Shown: positions 54,490-62,959 of the stretch, piece after piece
Position numbering within the stretch: the stretch's first letter is position 1
Layout: each line of letters opens with the position of its first letter
Origin: an uncultured Acidimicrobiaceae bacterium
GTDB taxonomy: Bacteria > Actinomycetota > Acidimicrobiia > Acidimicrobiales > RAAP-2
DNA: 64,000 nt
Assembly (NCBI GenBank): GCA_963834405.1
Contig: CAWIBX010000006.1
Location: 281,577-345,576, forward strand
Direction: 5' to 3'
Notes under the pieces: model-generated
Databases searched by the model: none
Told to the model about the DNA's origin: nothing
What the model saw: only the letters and a program-made list of their open reading frames with translations
Program-made: the position numbers and the translations under genes

Positions 54490-56018
54490 CCGCAGTTGTA
54501 CCCGGGGATGAACGTCACCCCGGGGCCGCCGTGGCAGCCCGCGCCGCACAGGTAGAGCCCCTCGACCGGCACCGGGTTGTCCGGCCACCCCCGGGGCCCG
54601 GGGCGGAACGGGCCCATGAACTCGGGCTGCAGCAGGCCGTGGGTGAAGTCGCCGCCGGTGCACCCGAACATCAGCTCGTAGGTGTAGGCGGGATAGTTCA
54701 GCTGACGCTCGATCAGGTCGGGGAAGTTGGGCGCCACCCGGGCGATCTTGCGCACAATCCGGTCCGCCATTTCATCGCGCAGCCGCGTCTGCGACTCGCG
54801 GTCGGCCCCGATCGGGAGGTAGAAGGCGAAACTGCTGGCGGCGTGTTTGCCGGGCGGCGCCAGATCGGGCTCGCTGAGCGAGGGGATCTGGATGTTGAAC
54901 GAGGGCGACTCGGGCACCTCACCCCGCACGCAGCCCTCGAAGTCGCGTTGCATCTGCTCGGCCGTGCCGAAGAAGGTCACGTTGCGCCCGAGCTCGCTGT
55001 CGTTCAGCGCCTCGTAGGGGGCCCGGTACTCGGGCAGCCCGGACAGCGCGAAGTGCACCTGGAAGTAGGCGGCGCGGTGGTCGATAGCCCTGACGCGTTG
55101 GGTGAAGGCGTCGGGCAGCGCGTCGGCGTCCATGAGGTGGATGAAGGTGGCGGTCGGATCGAGGTTGGACACCACGACCGGGGCGGTCGCGATCCCGCCG
55201 TCACCCAGCTCGACGCCGCGGACCGCGCCGCCGTCGACGACGATGCGAGCGGCCTTGACGTGGCGGCGCAGCTCCCCGCCGTGCCGCTCGAACAGGGCGC
55301 AGAGGTGGTCGGCGATCGTCCCCAGGCCGCCCTTCACCTTCGACATGGTGGCCGTCCCCGGCGACGCCAGCGCGAAGGCGAGGCACAACGCGCTCCCGGG
55401 CGAGTAGGGGCCGCGGAAGGTCGAGTTGACCGACAGGAAGGCCAGCATGCTGCGCACCGGCGCGTGCTTGACCGGGTCGGGCAGGTAGCGGTCGACCACG
55501 TCCATGACGCTCCCGAACATGGCGATGCGCAGGTTCTCGCGCTCCGCCTCGTTGGTGGCGCTCGCCCACATGTCGTCCAGGGACTTCGGTGGTGTGCGCA
55601 CGTCGAAGCGGCCGATGGCCCGGGCCGGCGCCTCGGCCCAGGCCGCCACCTCGGCCATGCCGAGGACGGCCTCGATGCCGAGCGTCTCGCTGAGGTGCTC
55701 CAGCAGCCGTTCGGGGTCGGAGTAGAGGAGGATCGGCGGCTGCTCGCCCTCGTTGATGCTGGCCGACTGCACCTCCGGCTCGTAGATGGGGCACGACGCC
55801 AGGTCGAGGTCGGCGTAGATGTCGTTGGGGACCGGGAACTGGATGGAGCCCGCCAGCTCGAAGCGGTAGCCCCGGATCAGCTCGGTGGTCGAGGCCATCC
55901 CGCCGATGAAATGGTTCTTCTCCAGGCACAGGACGCGCAGGCCACCCCGCGCCATAACCGCGGCCGCGGTCAGGCCGTTGTGGCCGGCGCCGATGACGAT
56001 GGCGTCGTAGTCGGGCAC
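54459..56018 (-). CDS. Phytoene-desaturase-family NAD(P)/FAD-dependent oxidoreductase
   Basis: YDAIVIGAGHNGLTAAAVMARGGLRVLCLEK dinucleotide fold and C-terminal GLYLCGAGCHGGPGV. Confidence 0.85.
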   Translation of the reverse strand: MPDYDAIVIGAGHNGLTAAAVMARGGLRVLCLEKNHFIGGMASTTELIRGYRFELAGSIQFPVPNDIYADLDLASCPIYEPEVQSASINEGEQPPILLYSDPERLLEHLSETLGIEAVLGMAEVAAWAEAPARAIGRFDVRTPPKSLDDMWASATNEAERENLRIAMFGSVMDVVDRYLPDPVKHAPVRSMLAFLSVNSTFRGPYSPGSALCLAFALASPGTATMSKVKGGLGTIADHLCALFERHGGELRRHVKAARIVVDGGAVRGVELGDGGIATAPVVVSNLDPTATFIHLMDADALPDAFTQRVRAIDHRAAYFQVHFALSGLPEYRAPYEALNDSELGRNVTFFGTAEQMQRDFEGCVRGEVPESPSFNIQIPSLSEPDLAPPGKHAASSFAFYLPIGADRESQTRLRDEMADRIVRKIARVAPNFPDLIERQLNYPAYTYELMFGCTGGDFTHGLLQPEFMGPFRPGPRGWPDNPVPVEGLYLCGAGCHGGPGVTFIPGYNCGYAVLEASGS

Positions 56019-56087
56019 GGCACGGACTGTAGCGACCCTGCCGCCGGGGTCGCTGCGGTCGGCCCGGGGGGCCGGTGCGGCGCCGGC

Positions 56088-57284
56088 TCAGGCGGCGTGT
56101 GCGGCGGGCGCCGCCGCCTCCGCCCCCGCGTGCGGGTGCAGCCGTCCCCGGGTGCGGTAGAGCCAGTAGAGGACGCCGAACAGCGCGAGGAAGACGAAAT
56201 TGAGGTAGCTCGTGTAGTTCCACGAGAACCCGTCGGGCACGATGGTCGACGGCCGGGTCGTCGGCACGATGCCGGCGCCGCGGAACACCGCCTCGGTGAT
56301 GAGGCCGGCCGCCGACATCAGCGCCCAGAAGACCGCGAGCATGCGCAGCATCATGCGAGGCCCGTAGTAGCGCCGGTAGATGAACAGCAGGGGAAGGGTG
56401 ATCAGGTCGGCGAAGATGAACGACACCACGCCGCCGAACGAGATCCCGCCCTTCCACAGCGCGGCGGCCAGGGCCACGTTGCCGATGGAGCACACGCAGG
56501 CGATGATCGCGATGAACGGACCGACCACCACGTTCTCGACGCTTGTCCAGAAGCCGTGCCCGCTGGCGAAGGCGGCCTGCCACACCGAGGTCGGCACCAC
56601 CACGGCGAGGAACCCGGCCACCACGTACCCCACAACGAGCTCACGGCGGATCATGGTCAGGTCCGCCATGGTGTAAGTGGCGCTGTCGGTCCAGGTGGCC
56701 CTCGAGCGGACCCGCGCCGGCCACGATGCCGCGGGATCGGGCTCTGAAGCGCCGCCGCCGTGCATGTGCATGTGGTCGTGGTCGTGCTCGCCCGCCTGCG
56801 CCGCCGCCGTGAGGTGCTCGCGTGCCCGCACCACCGCCCGGCCCCGCAGCCACAGGGCGCCGAGGGTCGCCAGCAGCACGATCATGACGATGCCGCCCAC
56901 GAACTCGGCCACCGCGAATTGCCATCCGATCAGCACGAGCAAGACGATGCCCATCTCGATCACCAGGTTGGTCGAGGCGAACATGAAGACCATGGCGGAG
57001 ACGAAGTCGGCGCCCTTGGTGATCAGAGACTTCGCCATGGCCGTGGCGGCGTACGAGCACGACGACGACGCCATGCCGTAGCTCGAGGCGCGGAGCACCC
57101 CCGGGGCGCGGTGGTTCCCCAGCTTCCGCTGCATGGCGGCCGGGCTCACGAAGGTCTGGACCCCACCGGCGATCCCGAAGCCGAGCACGAGGGGCCACAG
57201 CGTCACCCAGAACATGAAGAAGGCCTCGCGGAGCGAGCGACCGATGTCCACCAGGAAGGTGGCCGTCCCGACCATTGCGCTCAA
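56088..57284 (-). CDS. DUF318/ArsP-type permease with cytoplasmic His-rich loop
   Basis: Cys-containing helices SSSCSYAATAMAKSL and IACVCSIGNVALAAAL. Central loop AGEHDHDHMHMHGGGAS. The start is 8 bp after the csoR stop. Confidence 0.8.
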   Translation of the reverse strand: MSAMVGTATFLVDIGRSLREAFFMFWVTLWPLVLGFGIAGGVQTFVSPAAMQRKLGNHRAPGVLRASSYGMASSSCSYAATAMAKSLITKGADFVSAMVFMFASTNLVIEMGIVLLVLIGWQFAVAEFVGGIVMIVLLATLGALWLRGRAVVRAREHLTAAAQAGEHDHDHMHMHGGGASEPDPAASWPARVRSRATWTDSATYTMADLTMIRRELVVGYVVAGFLAVVVPTSVWQAAFASGHGFWTSVENVVVGPFIAIIACVCSIGNVALAAALWKGGISFGGVVSFIFADLITLPLLFIYRRYYGPRMMLRMLAVFWALMSAAGLITEAVFRGAGIVPTTRPSTIVPDGFSWNYTSYLNFVFLALFGVLYWLYRTRGRLHPHAGAEAAAPAAHAA

Positions 57285-57291
57285 CGCCGGC

Positions 57292-57579
57292 TCAGGACCG
57301 CACCAGCCGGCCGATGGCGGCCGATGCCTCGCTGAGCTTCTCCGCGGCCTCGTCCCCGCCCTGACGGACGGCGTCGGACACGCAGTGGGCCAGGTGCTCG
57401 TCCAGCAGTTGCAGCGCGACCGCCTGCAGCGCCTTGGTGGCCGCGGAGAACTGCTCGAGGATCTCGATGCAGTAGCGGTCCTCCTCCACCATGCGCTGGA
57501 GGCCCCGCACCTGGCCCTCCACCTTGCGCAGGCGCCGCAGGATCGCGTCCTTGTCGTCGATGTACCCGGGCTGTGCCAC
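57292..57579 (-). CDS. csoR: CsoR-family Cu(I)-sensing transcriptional repressor
   Basis: LRKVEGQVRGLQRMVEEDRYCIEILEQ ... LLDEHLAHCV gives the x-C-H-C ligand fingerprint. The GTG at 57579 is preceded by GAGGAGG. Confidence 0.85.
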   Translation of the reverse strand: MAQPGYIDDKDAILRRLRKVEGQVRGLQRMVEEDRYCIEILEQFSAATKALQAVALQLLDEHLAHCVSDAVRQGGDEAAEKLSEASAAIGRLVRS

Positions 57580-57608
57580 GCCGCACCTCCTCTTTCTTCT
57601 TCCCACCT

Positions 57609-57627
57609 TATACCCCCCTAGGGTATA
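57609..57627. promoter_or_regulatory. Candidate CsoR operator TATACCC-CCCTA-GGGTATA
   Basis: Perfect 7 bp inverted repeat with a C/G-tract core, 30 bp upstream of the csoR start. It resembles the GC-tract-centred ATACCC...GGGTAT boxes described for actinobacterial CsoR. Confidence 0.6.
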
Positions 57628-57762
57628 GGCCAACCCGCACCACCGGCGCGGCGAGCCCCTCGGCAATCCCTCCACCGGTTCGCCCCGTAACGCGATGTGG
57701 AGGGCCCGCCTGCGGCCCTTTTTCAGGTGCATGTTCCGGGAATCCCCCTCCAGGAGGTCGCC

Positions 57763-59013
57763 ATGGCACATCCGTCACACCAGTCACACCAGTCCCGCGT
57801 CAAGTCCCCGTACCCTCCGGTGCAGTCTCCGAGCGCCCGGCACCGGCGCGCGCCGGCACGCCGGACCCTCCGGACACTGCGGTCCCTCCGGACCGGCGCG
57901 TGCGTCGCGCTCGCCGTGTCCGCCGCGGCCGGCTTCGCCACCTTGGCCGCCGCCGGCGGCGGCGCGCCGGCCGGCGCCGCGCCGCCGCCCTTCCTGTCGC
58001 ACTTCCACACCGTGACGAACCTCGGGACCACCGTTCCCGGCAACGGGGACGTCAACCCCTACGGCATCGTCCAGGTCCCGCAGACCGAGGGCAAGCTGGT
58101 GAAGGGCGACACCCTGATCAGCAACTTCAACGCCAGCTCCAACCTGCAGGGGACCGGCACCACGATCGTCGAGATGACCCCCCACGGCGCGCAGAGCCTG
58201 TTCGCCCAGATCGACCCCAACCACCTGCCCGGGCCCTGCCCCGGCGGGGTCGGCCTCACGACCGCGCTCACCGTCATCGGCGACGGCTTCGTCGTCGTCG
58301 GGAGCCTCCCCGTGACGGACAACGGGAACGGGTCGCCCATGCCTGGATGCCTCATCGTCCTCAACAACGAAGGCATGCCCGTCGAGACGATCGCCGGACA
58401 CGGCATCAACGGACCGTGGGACCTCACCGCCGCCCACTTCGGCGTCGTCGATGAGCTCTTCGTCACCAACGTGCTCAACAACACCGTGCTCGCCGCGCCG
58501 ACGCCCGACGGCACCGTCGTGCGCCTCGACCTCTTCGACTTCGGCGAGCGCGCGCCGATCCTGGTCGGCGCGACCACGATCGCCACCGGTTTCGAGGAGC
58601 AGCTCAACGGCAGCGCCCTCGTGATCGGCCCCACCGGCGACGCCCTCGGGGCCAACGACACGCTCTACGTGGCCGACTCGCTGATCAACCGCATCGGGGC
58701 GATCCCCGACGCCTCCACCCGGCATTCCGCCGCCATCAACGGCGGCATCACCGTGTCCGAGGGAGGCTCGCTCAACGACCCGCTCGGCCTGACGCTGGCG
58801 CCGAACGGCGACATCATCACCGTCAACGGGGGCGATCCGAACGCCGTGGAGACCACGCCGTTCGGGAACCAGGTCGACACCGTCCAGCTGGACCCGCTCC
58901 CCCAGGGGGCGGCGGGCGGCGACCTCTTCGGCCTGACCATCCCCCGCGACGGGAACAGCGTCCTGTTCGTGGACGACGGCGACAACACGCTGGAGCGCTT
59001 CGGTCCCGGCTAG
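57763..59013 (+). CDS. Secreted beta-propeller (NHL-like repeat) protein with Arg-rich signal peptide
   Basis: HRRAPARRTLRTLRSLRTGACVALAVSAAAGFATLAAA leader. Recurring blade-like units (INGPWDL, LNDPLGLTLAPNGDIITVNGGD, GDLFGLTIPRDGNSVLFVDDGDN). Confidence 0.6.
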   Translation: MAHPSHQSHQSRVKSPYPPVQSPSARHRRAPARRTLRTLRSLRTGACVALAVSAAAGFATLAAAGGGAPAGAAPPPFLSHFHTVTNLGTTVPGNGDVNPYGIVQVPQTEGKLVKGDTLISNFNASSNLQGTGTTIVEMTPHGAQSLFAQIDPNHLPGPCPGGVGLTTALTVIGDGFVVVGSLPVTDNGNGSPMPGCLIVLNNEGMPVETIAGHGINGPWDLTAAHFGVVDELFVTNVLNNTVLAAPTPDGTVVRLDLFDFGERAPILVGATTIATGFEEQLNGSALVIGPTGDALGANDTLYVADSLINRIGAIPDASTRHSAAINGGITVSEGGSLNDPLGLTLAPNGDIITVNGGDPNAVETTPFGNQVDTVQLDPLPQGAAGGDLFGLTIPRDGNSVLFVDDGDNTLERFGPG

Positions 59014-59026
59014 ACCGGCCGGGCGT

Positions 59027-59938
59027 TCACCACGCTCGCTCGAGCGCGGCCCGGTCCCACCCCGCCCGTTCGGCCGCCGCCTCGTACGTGCTCTGCAGGA
59101 ACGTGAGGAGCACGGTGTCGGGGTCGGCGGCTGTGCGGACGGTCTCGTAGGGGAGGATGAACTCGCGCAGCTCGGCGTCGTACGCCGCGCCCTCCGGAGC
59201 CACAGGCCACTCGGCGTAGCCGTCCGGCTCGGGGTAGGCGTACGAGTAGAACGACCCCTCGGCGCTGCCACCGGGCCAGAACCCGCAGCTGCTCACCTCG
59301 TGGCTGTAGGCCAGCTCCATCACCCAGTCGGCGCAGTTGGGCGCGCCGCCGGGATGCTTCGGCGCCGGGCGCCCCGAGAAGCGCGTCGTGGCGAGGTCGA
59401 GCGCGCCCCAGAAGAAATGGACCGGGCTCGCCTTGCCGATGAAGCGGTCCCGGAACTGCGTCATGACCCGGTGCGCCTGGACCAACGCCAGCCAGAAGTC
59501 GTGCACCGCGGCCGCGTCGTAGTCGTAGTGCGTCTCGTCCTCGGCGAAGGGGATGGCCTCGACCACTTCGACCGGGCGGCCCAGGATGGAGACGCTGATG
59601 CCGAGGTCACCGAGCGCCGCCATCGTCGCCTCGTAGAAGCGTGCAACCGACTGTGGCTCCAGAAGGACCTCCGCGTGCTGGCCGTCCGTGGTACGCAACC
59701 CGAGGCGATGGTCGACGAGGTCGAACTCCATCTCCAGCCCGAGGTCGCCGGCGTGCGTCAGCGAGGTCGTCAACCCGCGGCTCGAGACGTAGAACGGCAC
59801 CTGCCACCAGTGGTTCCTCATCGGCTCGAGCGCCAGCCGGACCTTGCCCACGATCTGGGTCCACATGTGGAAGGTCGTGCGCGTGTCCTCCCAGCGCGAG
59901 AGCGTCAACTGGGGCCAGTTGTCCTTGGCGTCGGTCAC
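59027..59938 (-). CDS. DUF5996-like conserved protein
   Basis: WPQLTLSRWEDTRTTFHMWTQIVGKVRLALEPMRNHWWQVPFYVSSRGLTT matches my recollection of that family. 303 aa. Confidence 0.65.
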   Translation of the reverse strand: MTDAKDNWPQLTLSRWEDTRTTFHMWTQIVGKVRLALEPMRNHWWQVPFYVSSRGLTTSLTHAGDLGLEMEFDLVDHRLGLRTTDGQHAEVLLEPQSVARFYEATMAALGDLGISVSILGRPVEVVEAIPFAEDETHYDYDAAAVHDFWLALVQAHRVMTQFRDRFIGKASPVHFFWGALDLATTRFSGRPAPKHPGGAPNCADWVMELAYSHEVSSCGFWPGGSAEGSFYSYAYPEPDGYAEWPVAPEGAAYDAELREFILPYETVRTAADPDTVLLTFLQSTYEAAAERAGWDRAALERAW

Positions 59939-60005
59939 CCGGCCTCCTTCCTCAGCCTACGCGCTGCGGCGCATGCCGAGCCGCTCGGTCTCCCGGTCGC
60001 GCCGA

Positions 60006-60812
60006 TCAGCCGCTGGGTTGCAGCGTGACGGCGGCGTCGGGCTCCACGACGTGGAAGCTGAAGCTCTCCTCGAGATACAGACGGACGACGTCGGCGTCGT
60101 GGTCGCTGTACCCGATGGAGATGTCCTGTCCGCAGTCGAGCACGAAGTCCCCGCCGCGCAGGCTGAGCACCACGCCCCCCTGCACCCCCGGAGCCCAGAC
60201 GAGCGGGCCGCCCAGGATGTCGCGCAGGTGGTCGAAGAGCAGATGGCCGCCGTGCTCGTCGGTCTCGACGATGCTCGTGTAGATCTCGGGGCCGATGGCG
60301 AGCCCGTAGGGCCCGCCGATGCCCGAGCGGCGGAGCACATCGGTCGCCTGCGCCACCACCTTCGGGTATTGCTCAACGTCCGCCTCTATCGCGATCGGCG
60401 GATGCGAGCTGGACTCGGTGATCCCGAGCATCCCTGCGGATGCATAGCCGTGGAAGACGGTCACGTTCTCGCCCAAGGAGATCTGGCGCACCGCATCGTC
60501 CAGCTCGCGCAGCTCTATGTTGCTCGCGCCGCGGTCGGCGTCGTCGAGCTCCGGCCGCGAGACACGGAACTCCGCCCGCAGCTCGACGAGCGGCAGGACG
60601 CGGCGCTGCATGGCGGAGACGCCCTCCGTCGGGCTCGACACCTCGCTCACCCGGCCCAGGTCGGTGGCCGAATGCCCCCACCCGTGGGGGCCGCTGAGGT
60701 CGACGAGCTTGCGGGCGGCCAGCTGGGTGGCGAGCCGCCCCTTGGCCTCGTCCTCTATTTGGGACCAGGCCGCTTCGGAAATCGGTGCGAGATCGCGGTA
60801 GAGATGATCCAT
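60006..60812 (-). CDS. Family 1 encapsulin nanocompartment shell protein (linocin M18-like)
   Basis: MDHLYRDLAPISEAAWSQIEDEAKGRLATQLAARKLVDLSGPHGW matches the canonical encapsulin N-terminus. About 268 aa. The ATG shares one nt with the cargo gene TGA. Confidence 0.9.
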   Translation of the reverse strand: MDHLYRDLAPISEAAWSQIEDEAKGRLATQLAARKLVDLSGPHGWGHSATDLGRVSEVSSPTEGVSAMQRRVLPLVELRAEFRVSRPELDDADRGASNIELRELDDAVRQISLGENVTVFHGYASAGMLGITESSSHPPIAIEADVEQYPKVVAQATDVLRRSGIGGPYGLAIGPEIYTSIVETDEHGGHLLFDHLRDILGGPLVWAPGVQGGVVLSLRGGDFVLDCGQDISIGYSDHDADVVRLYLEESFSFHVVEPDAAVTLQPSG

Positions 60813-61180
60813 CACTCACGCCCTCGCAGGCTGCCGATGCCGAGCGAGCCGGGCGCGACGAGCGCGTCCTCTCCGCCGGCCTCGGCCTCGGCCTCGACCT
60901 CGGTCACGGGCTCGGTCGTGAAGAGGTAGGTGCGGAGATGGCGGTCCAGCACCGGGTCGCGCCTCCGCAGCCACTCGAGCGTCATGGAAGCGTGCTCCTT
61001 CTCCTCGTCCCGGTTGTGGGCGAGGACGTCGGCCAGGCTCGAGTCCTGGGTCGCGTGCACCCGCTGGTCGTACCAATCGACGGCTTCGAGCTCCTCAATG
61101 AGAGACGCGAACGCCCGGTGGCGGTCGATCGTCTCCTCGCCGAGCAGCTCGGCCGCCTCGTGGAGGCCTTCGCTCGCCAT
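60812..61180 (-). CDS. Encapsulated ferritin-like cargo protein (EncFtn) with C-terminal targeting peptide
   Basis: Ferroxidase-type EELEAVDWY ... NRDEEKEHASMTLEWL. Acidic linker EVEAEAEAGGED. Terminal GSLGIGSLRG targeting motif. GAGGAGAG RBS before the ATG at 61180. Confidence 0.85.
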   Translation of the reverse strand: MASEGLHEAAELLGEETIDRHRAFASLIEELEAVDWYDQRVHATQDSSLADVLAHNRDEEKEHASMTLEWLRRRDPVLDRHLRTYLFTTEPVTEVEAEAEAGGEDALVAPGSLGIGSLRGRE

Positions 61181-61549
61181 GGTCTCGTCTCTCCTCGGGG
61201 TCCGGGTCACTCCCTCCGACGGGAGCGACGTCGCCGTCAGTATGCAATACCCGCTGGTTCTTTTCCCGCCCGAGTGCCCATCCGAAACCCGGACCGCAGC
61301 CTGCCCGGTCCGGCCGCCCGGGGCCAGGCAGGGCAGAATGGGGAAAGGAGGTGTCGAGGATGGCGATGGGCAACCGTCCGGAGGTGAAGACGGCGCCGGC
61401 TCCGATCGTCGCGCTCGACGTAAACCTGATGGCACAACAGCTTGCCACTGCGATGGCCCGCGTTCCGTTTCGCCATCCTCTTTCGGGTGATTCCTCACCG
61501 GCGACGAACTTGGCCATTTCCGTGACCCGCGAATTCATCGCGCGCCTTC

Positions 61550-62446
61550 ATGGGCTATTCCTCGTCGTTGCGGATCCCGGAGTTCCGGTCGCTCGAGCTC
61601 GTGATGGACAACGTCTGCAAGGTGATCATGCCGCCCTTCGTCCGGTCGCTCGACGTCGAGAGCCATCCGATGGAGCTCGGTGGCGTACCGGGAATCCTCT
61701 ACCGGCCACGCCACACGGATCCGGTCGGAGGCCTGCTCTATTTGCACGGTGGCGGTTACATCGGGACGTCCCCCCAGATGTACGCCTTCTTCACCGCTCG
61801 GGTATGCCGCGACACGGACTGCGCGGTATTCGTCGCCGACTACAGACTCGCGCCCGAGTTCCCGTTCCCGGCCGGCGCGGAGGACGCCGCGGCCGTGTAC
61901 GCGGACATCGTCGAACGGGGCGTCCCGCCCGAGCGCATCTTTTTGGCTGGGGACTCGGGTGGTGGGGGGCTGGCCACCACGCTCATGCTCCAGTGCCGTG
62001 ACCTCATGCTCCCCGGCCGGCCCGCCGGACTCGTGCTGTTCTCACCCGAGGTGGACCTCCTGCTCGACGAGCCGTCCATCACGGAGAATGCCCCGCGCGA
62101 CATCCTGCCCTGGAACATCCCGACGGCTGCCTACCTGCACGGAATCGACCCAACCAGCGCGGAGGTGTCCCCTCTCACCGCAGACCTCTCGGGCTTCCCG
62201 CCCACTTGCGTGACGTGGGGCGGCGACGAGATGTTCCGAGATTCGATCCGGGGCTACGTCGATCGTCTCCGCGTGGCCGGGGTGCCCACCGAGGCCCAGG
62301 AGTTTCCGGGGATGTTCCACGTCTTCCAGATCCTGATGCCCTGGGCGGACTCCAGTCGGGCAGCCTTCCGGCTGGTGCGGAGCTTCATCCACAAGATCGT
62401 GGCGGACGCACCGCCCCTGGCCAAGAAGAACTGGTACGAGGGCTGA
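61550..62446 (+). CDS. Alpha/beta hydrolase (HSL-type esterase); 5' end possibly frameshifted
   Basis: LYLHGGGYIGTS oxyanion motif and GDSGGGGLA nucleophile elbow. Coding-like bias continues upstream in another frame from about 61360 (see findings). Confidence 0.75.
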   Translation: MGYSSSLRIPEFRSLELVMDNVCKVIMPPFVRSLDVESHPMELGGVPGILYRPRHTDPVGGLLYLHGGGYIGTSPQMYAFFTARVCRDTDCAVFVADYRLAPEFPFPAGAEDAAAVYADIVERGVPPERIFLAGDSGGGGLATTLMLQCRDLMLPGRPAGLVLFSPEVDLLLDEPSITENAPRDILPWNIPTAAYLHGIDPTSAEVSPLTADLSGFPPTCVTWGGDEMFRDSIRGYVDRLRVAGVPTEAQEFPGMFHVFQILMPWADSSRAAFRLVRSFIHKIVADAPPLAKKNWYEG

Positions 62447-62487
62447 CGGGCTGACTCCCCTATCAACCGGCGCCGAAGGAGGAAAAA

Positions 62488-62916
62488 GTGACCCCTGCTC
62501 TGAAGAAGGCGCTCTACACCGCCGAGGCCACCGTGCACGGAGGCCGTGACGGGCACGGGCGGTCCTCCGACGGCGTCCTGGACCTCGACATCAAGCCCCC
62601 TCCCGAAGTGGGCGGGCCCGGCGGCGCGACGAACCCCGAGCAGCTCTTCGCCCTGGGCTACGCCGCCTGCTTCCAGAGCGCGATGTCCGTCGTCGGCCGG
62701 CGCATGAAGGTGGACACCAGCGCCTCCGAGGTCACGGGGCGGGTGACGCTGGGCACGATTGAAGGAGGCGCCTTCAACGTCGCCGTCGAGCTCGACGTGC
62801 ACATCCCCGACGTCGACGAGGAGACGGCGAACAAGGTGGTGGCCGCGGCGCACGAGGTGTGCCCGTACAGCAATGCCACCCGGGGGAACGTCGAGGTGAC
62901 GCTCAAGATCCTCTGA
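62488..62916 (+). CDS. ohr: Organic hydroperoxide resistance protein (Ohr/OsmC family)
   Basis: TNPEQLFALGYAACFQSA and HEVCPYSNATRGN (two catalytic Cys). AAGGAGG RBS before the GTG at 62488. Confidence 0.9.
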   Translation: MTPALKKALYTAEATVHGGRDGHGRSSDGVLDLDIKPPPEVGGPGGATNPEQLFALGYAACFQSAMSVVGRRMKVDTSASEVTGRVTLGTIEGGAFNVAVELDVHIPDVDEETANKVVAAAHEVCPYSNATRGNVEVTLKIL

Positions 62917-62959
62917 GCGGGATCCCTCAGCTCCCCGGTTGGACGGGGCCCCGCTCCAG

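Noticed and set aside
53880-56747. 955 aa plus-strand ORF
   Set aside because: It is antisense to the phytoene-desaturase-family gene and the permease, both of which have clear motifs. The composition is Arg/Gly/His/Pro junk.
61181-61350. Iron-box (IdeR/DtxR- or Fur-type) operator upstream of the EncFtn gene
   Set aside because: There is no AT-rich 19 bp palindrome of that type, only a GC-rich imperfect hairpin (GCCTGCC...GGCAGG). That is not enough to call a site.
62912-62932. Hairpin CTGAG-N8-CTCAG overlapping the ohr stop, considered as a terminator
   Set aside because: The stem is only 5 bp, with an internal mismatch and no downstream T-tract. This is too weak to report as a feature.
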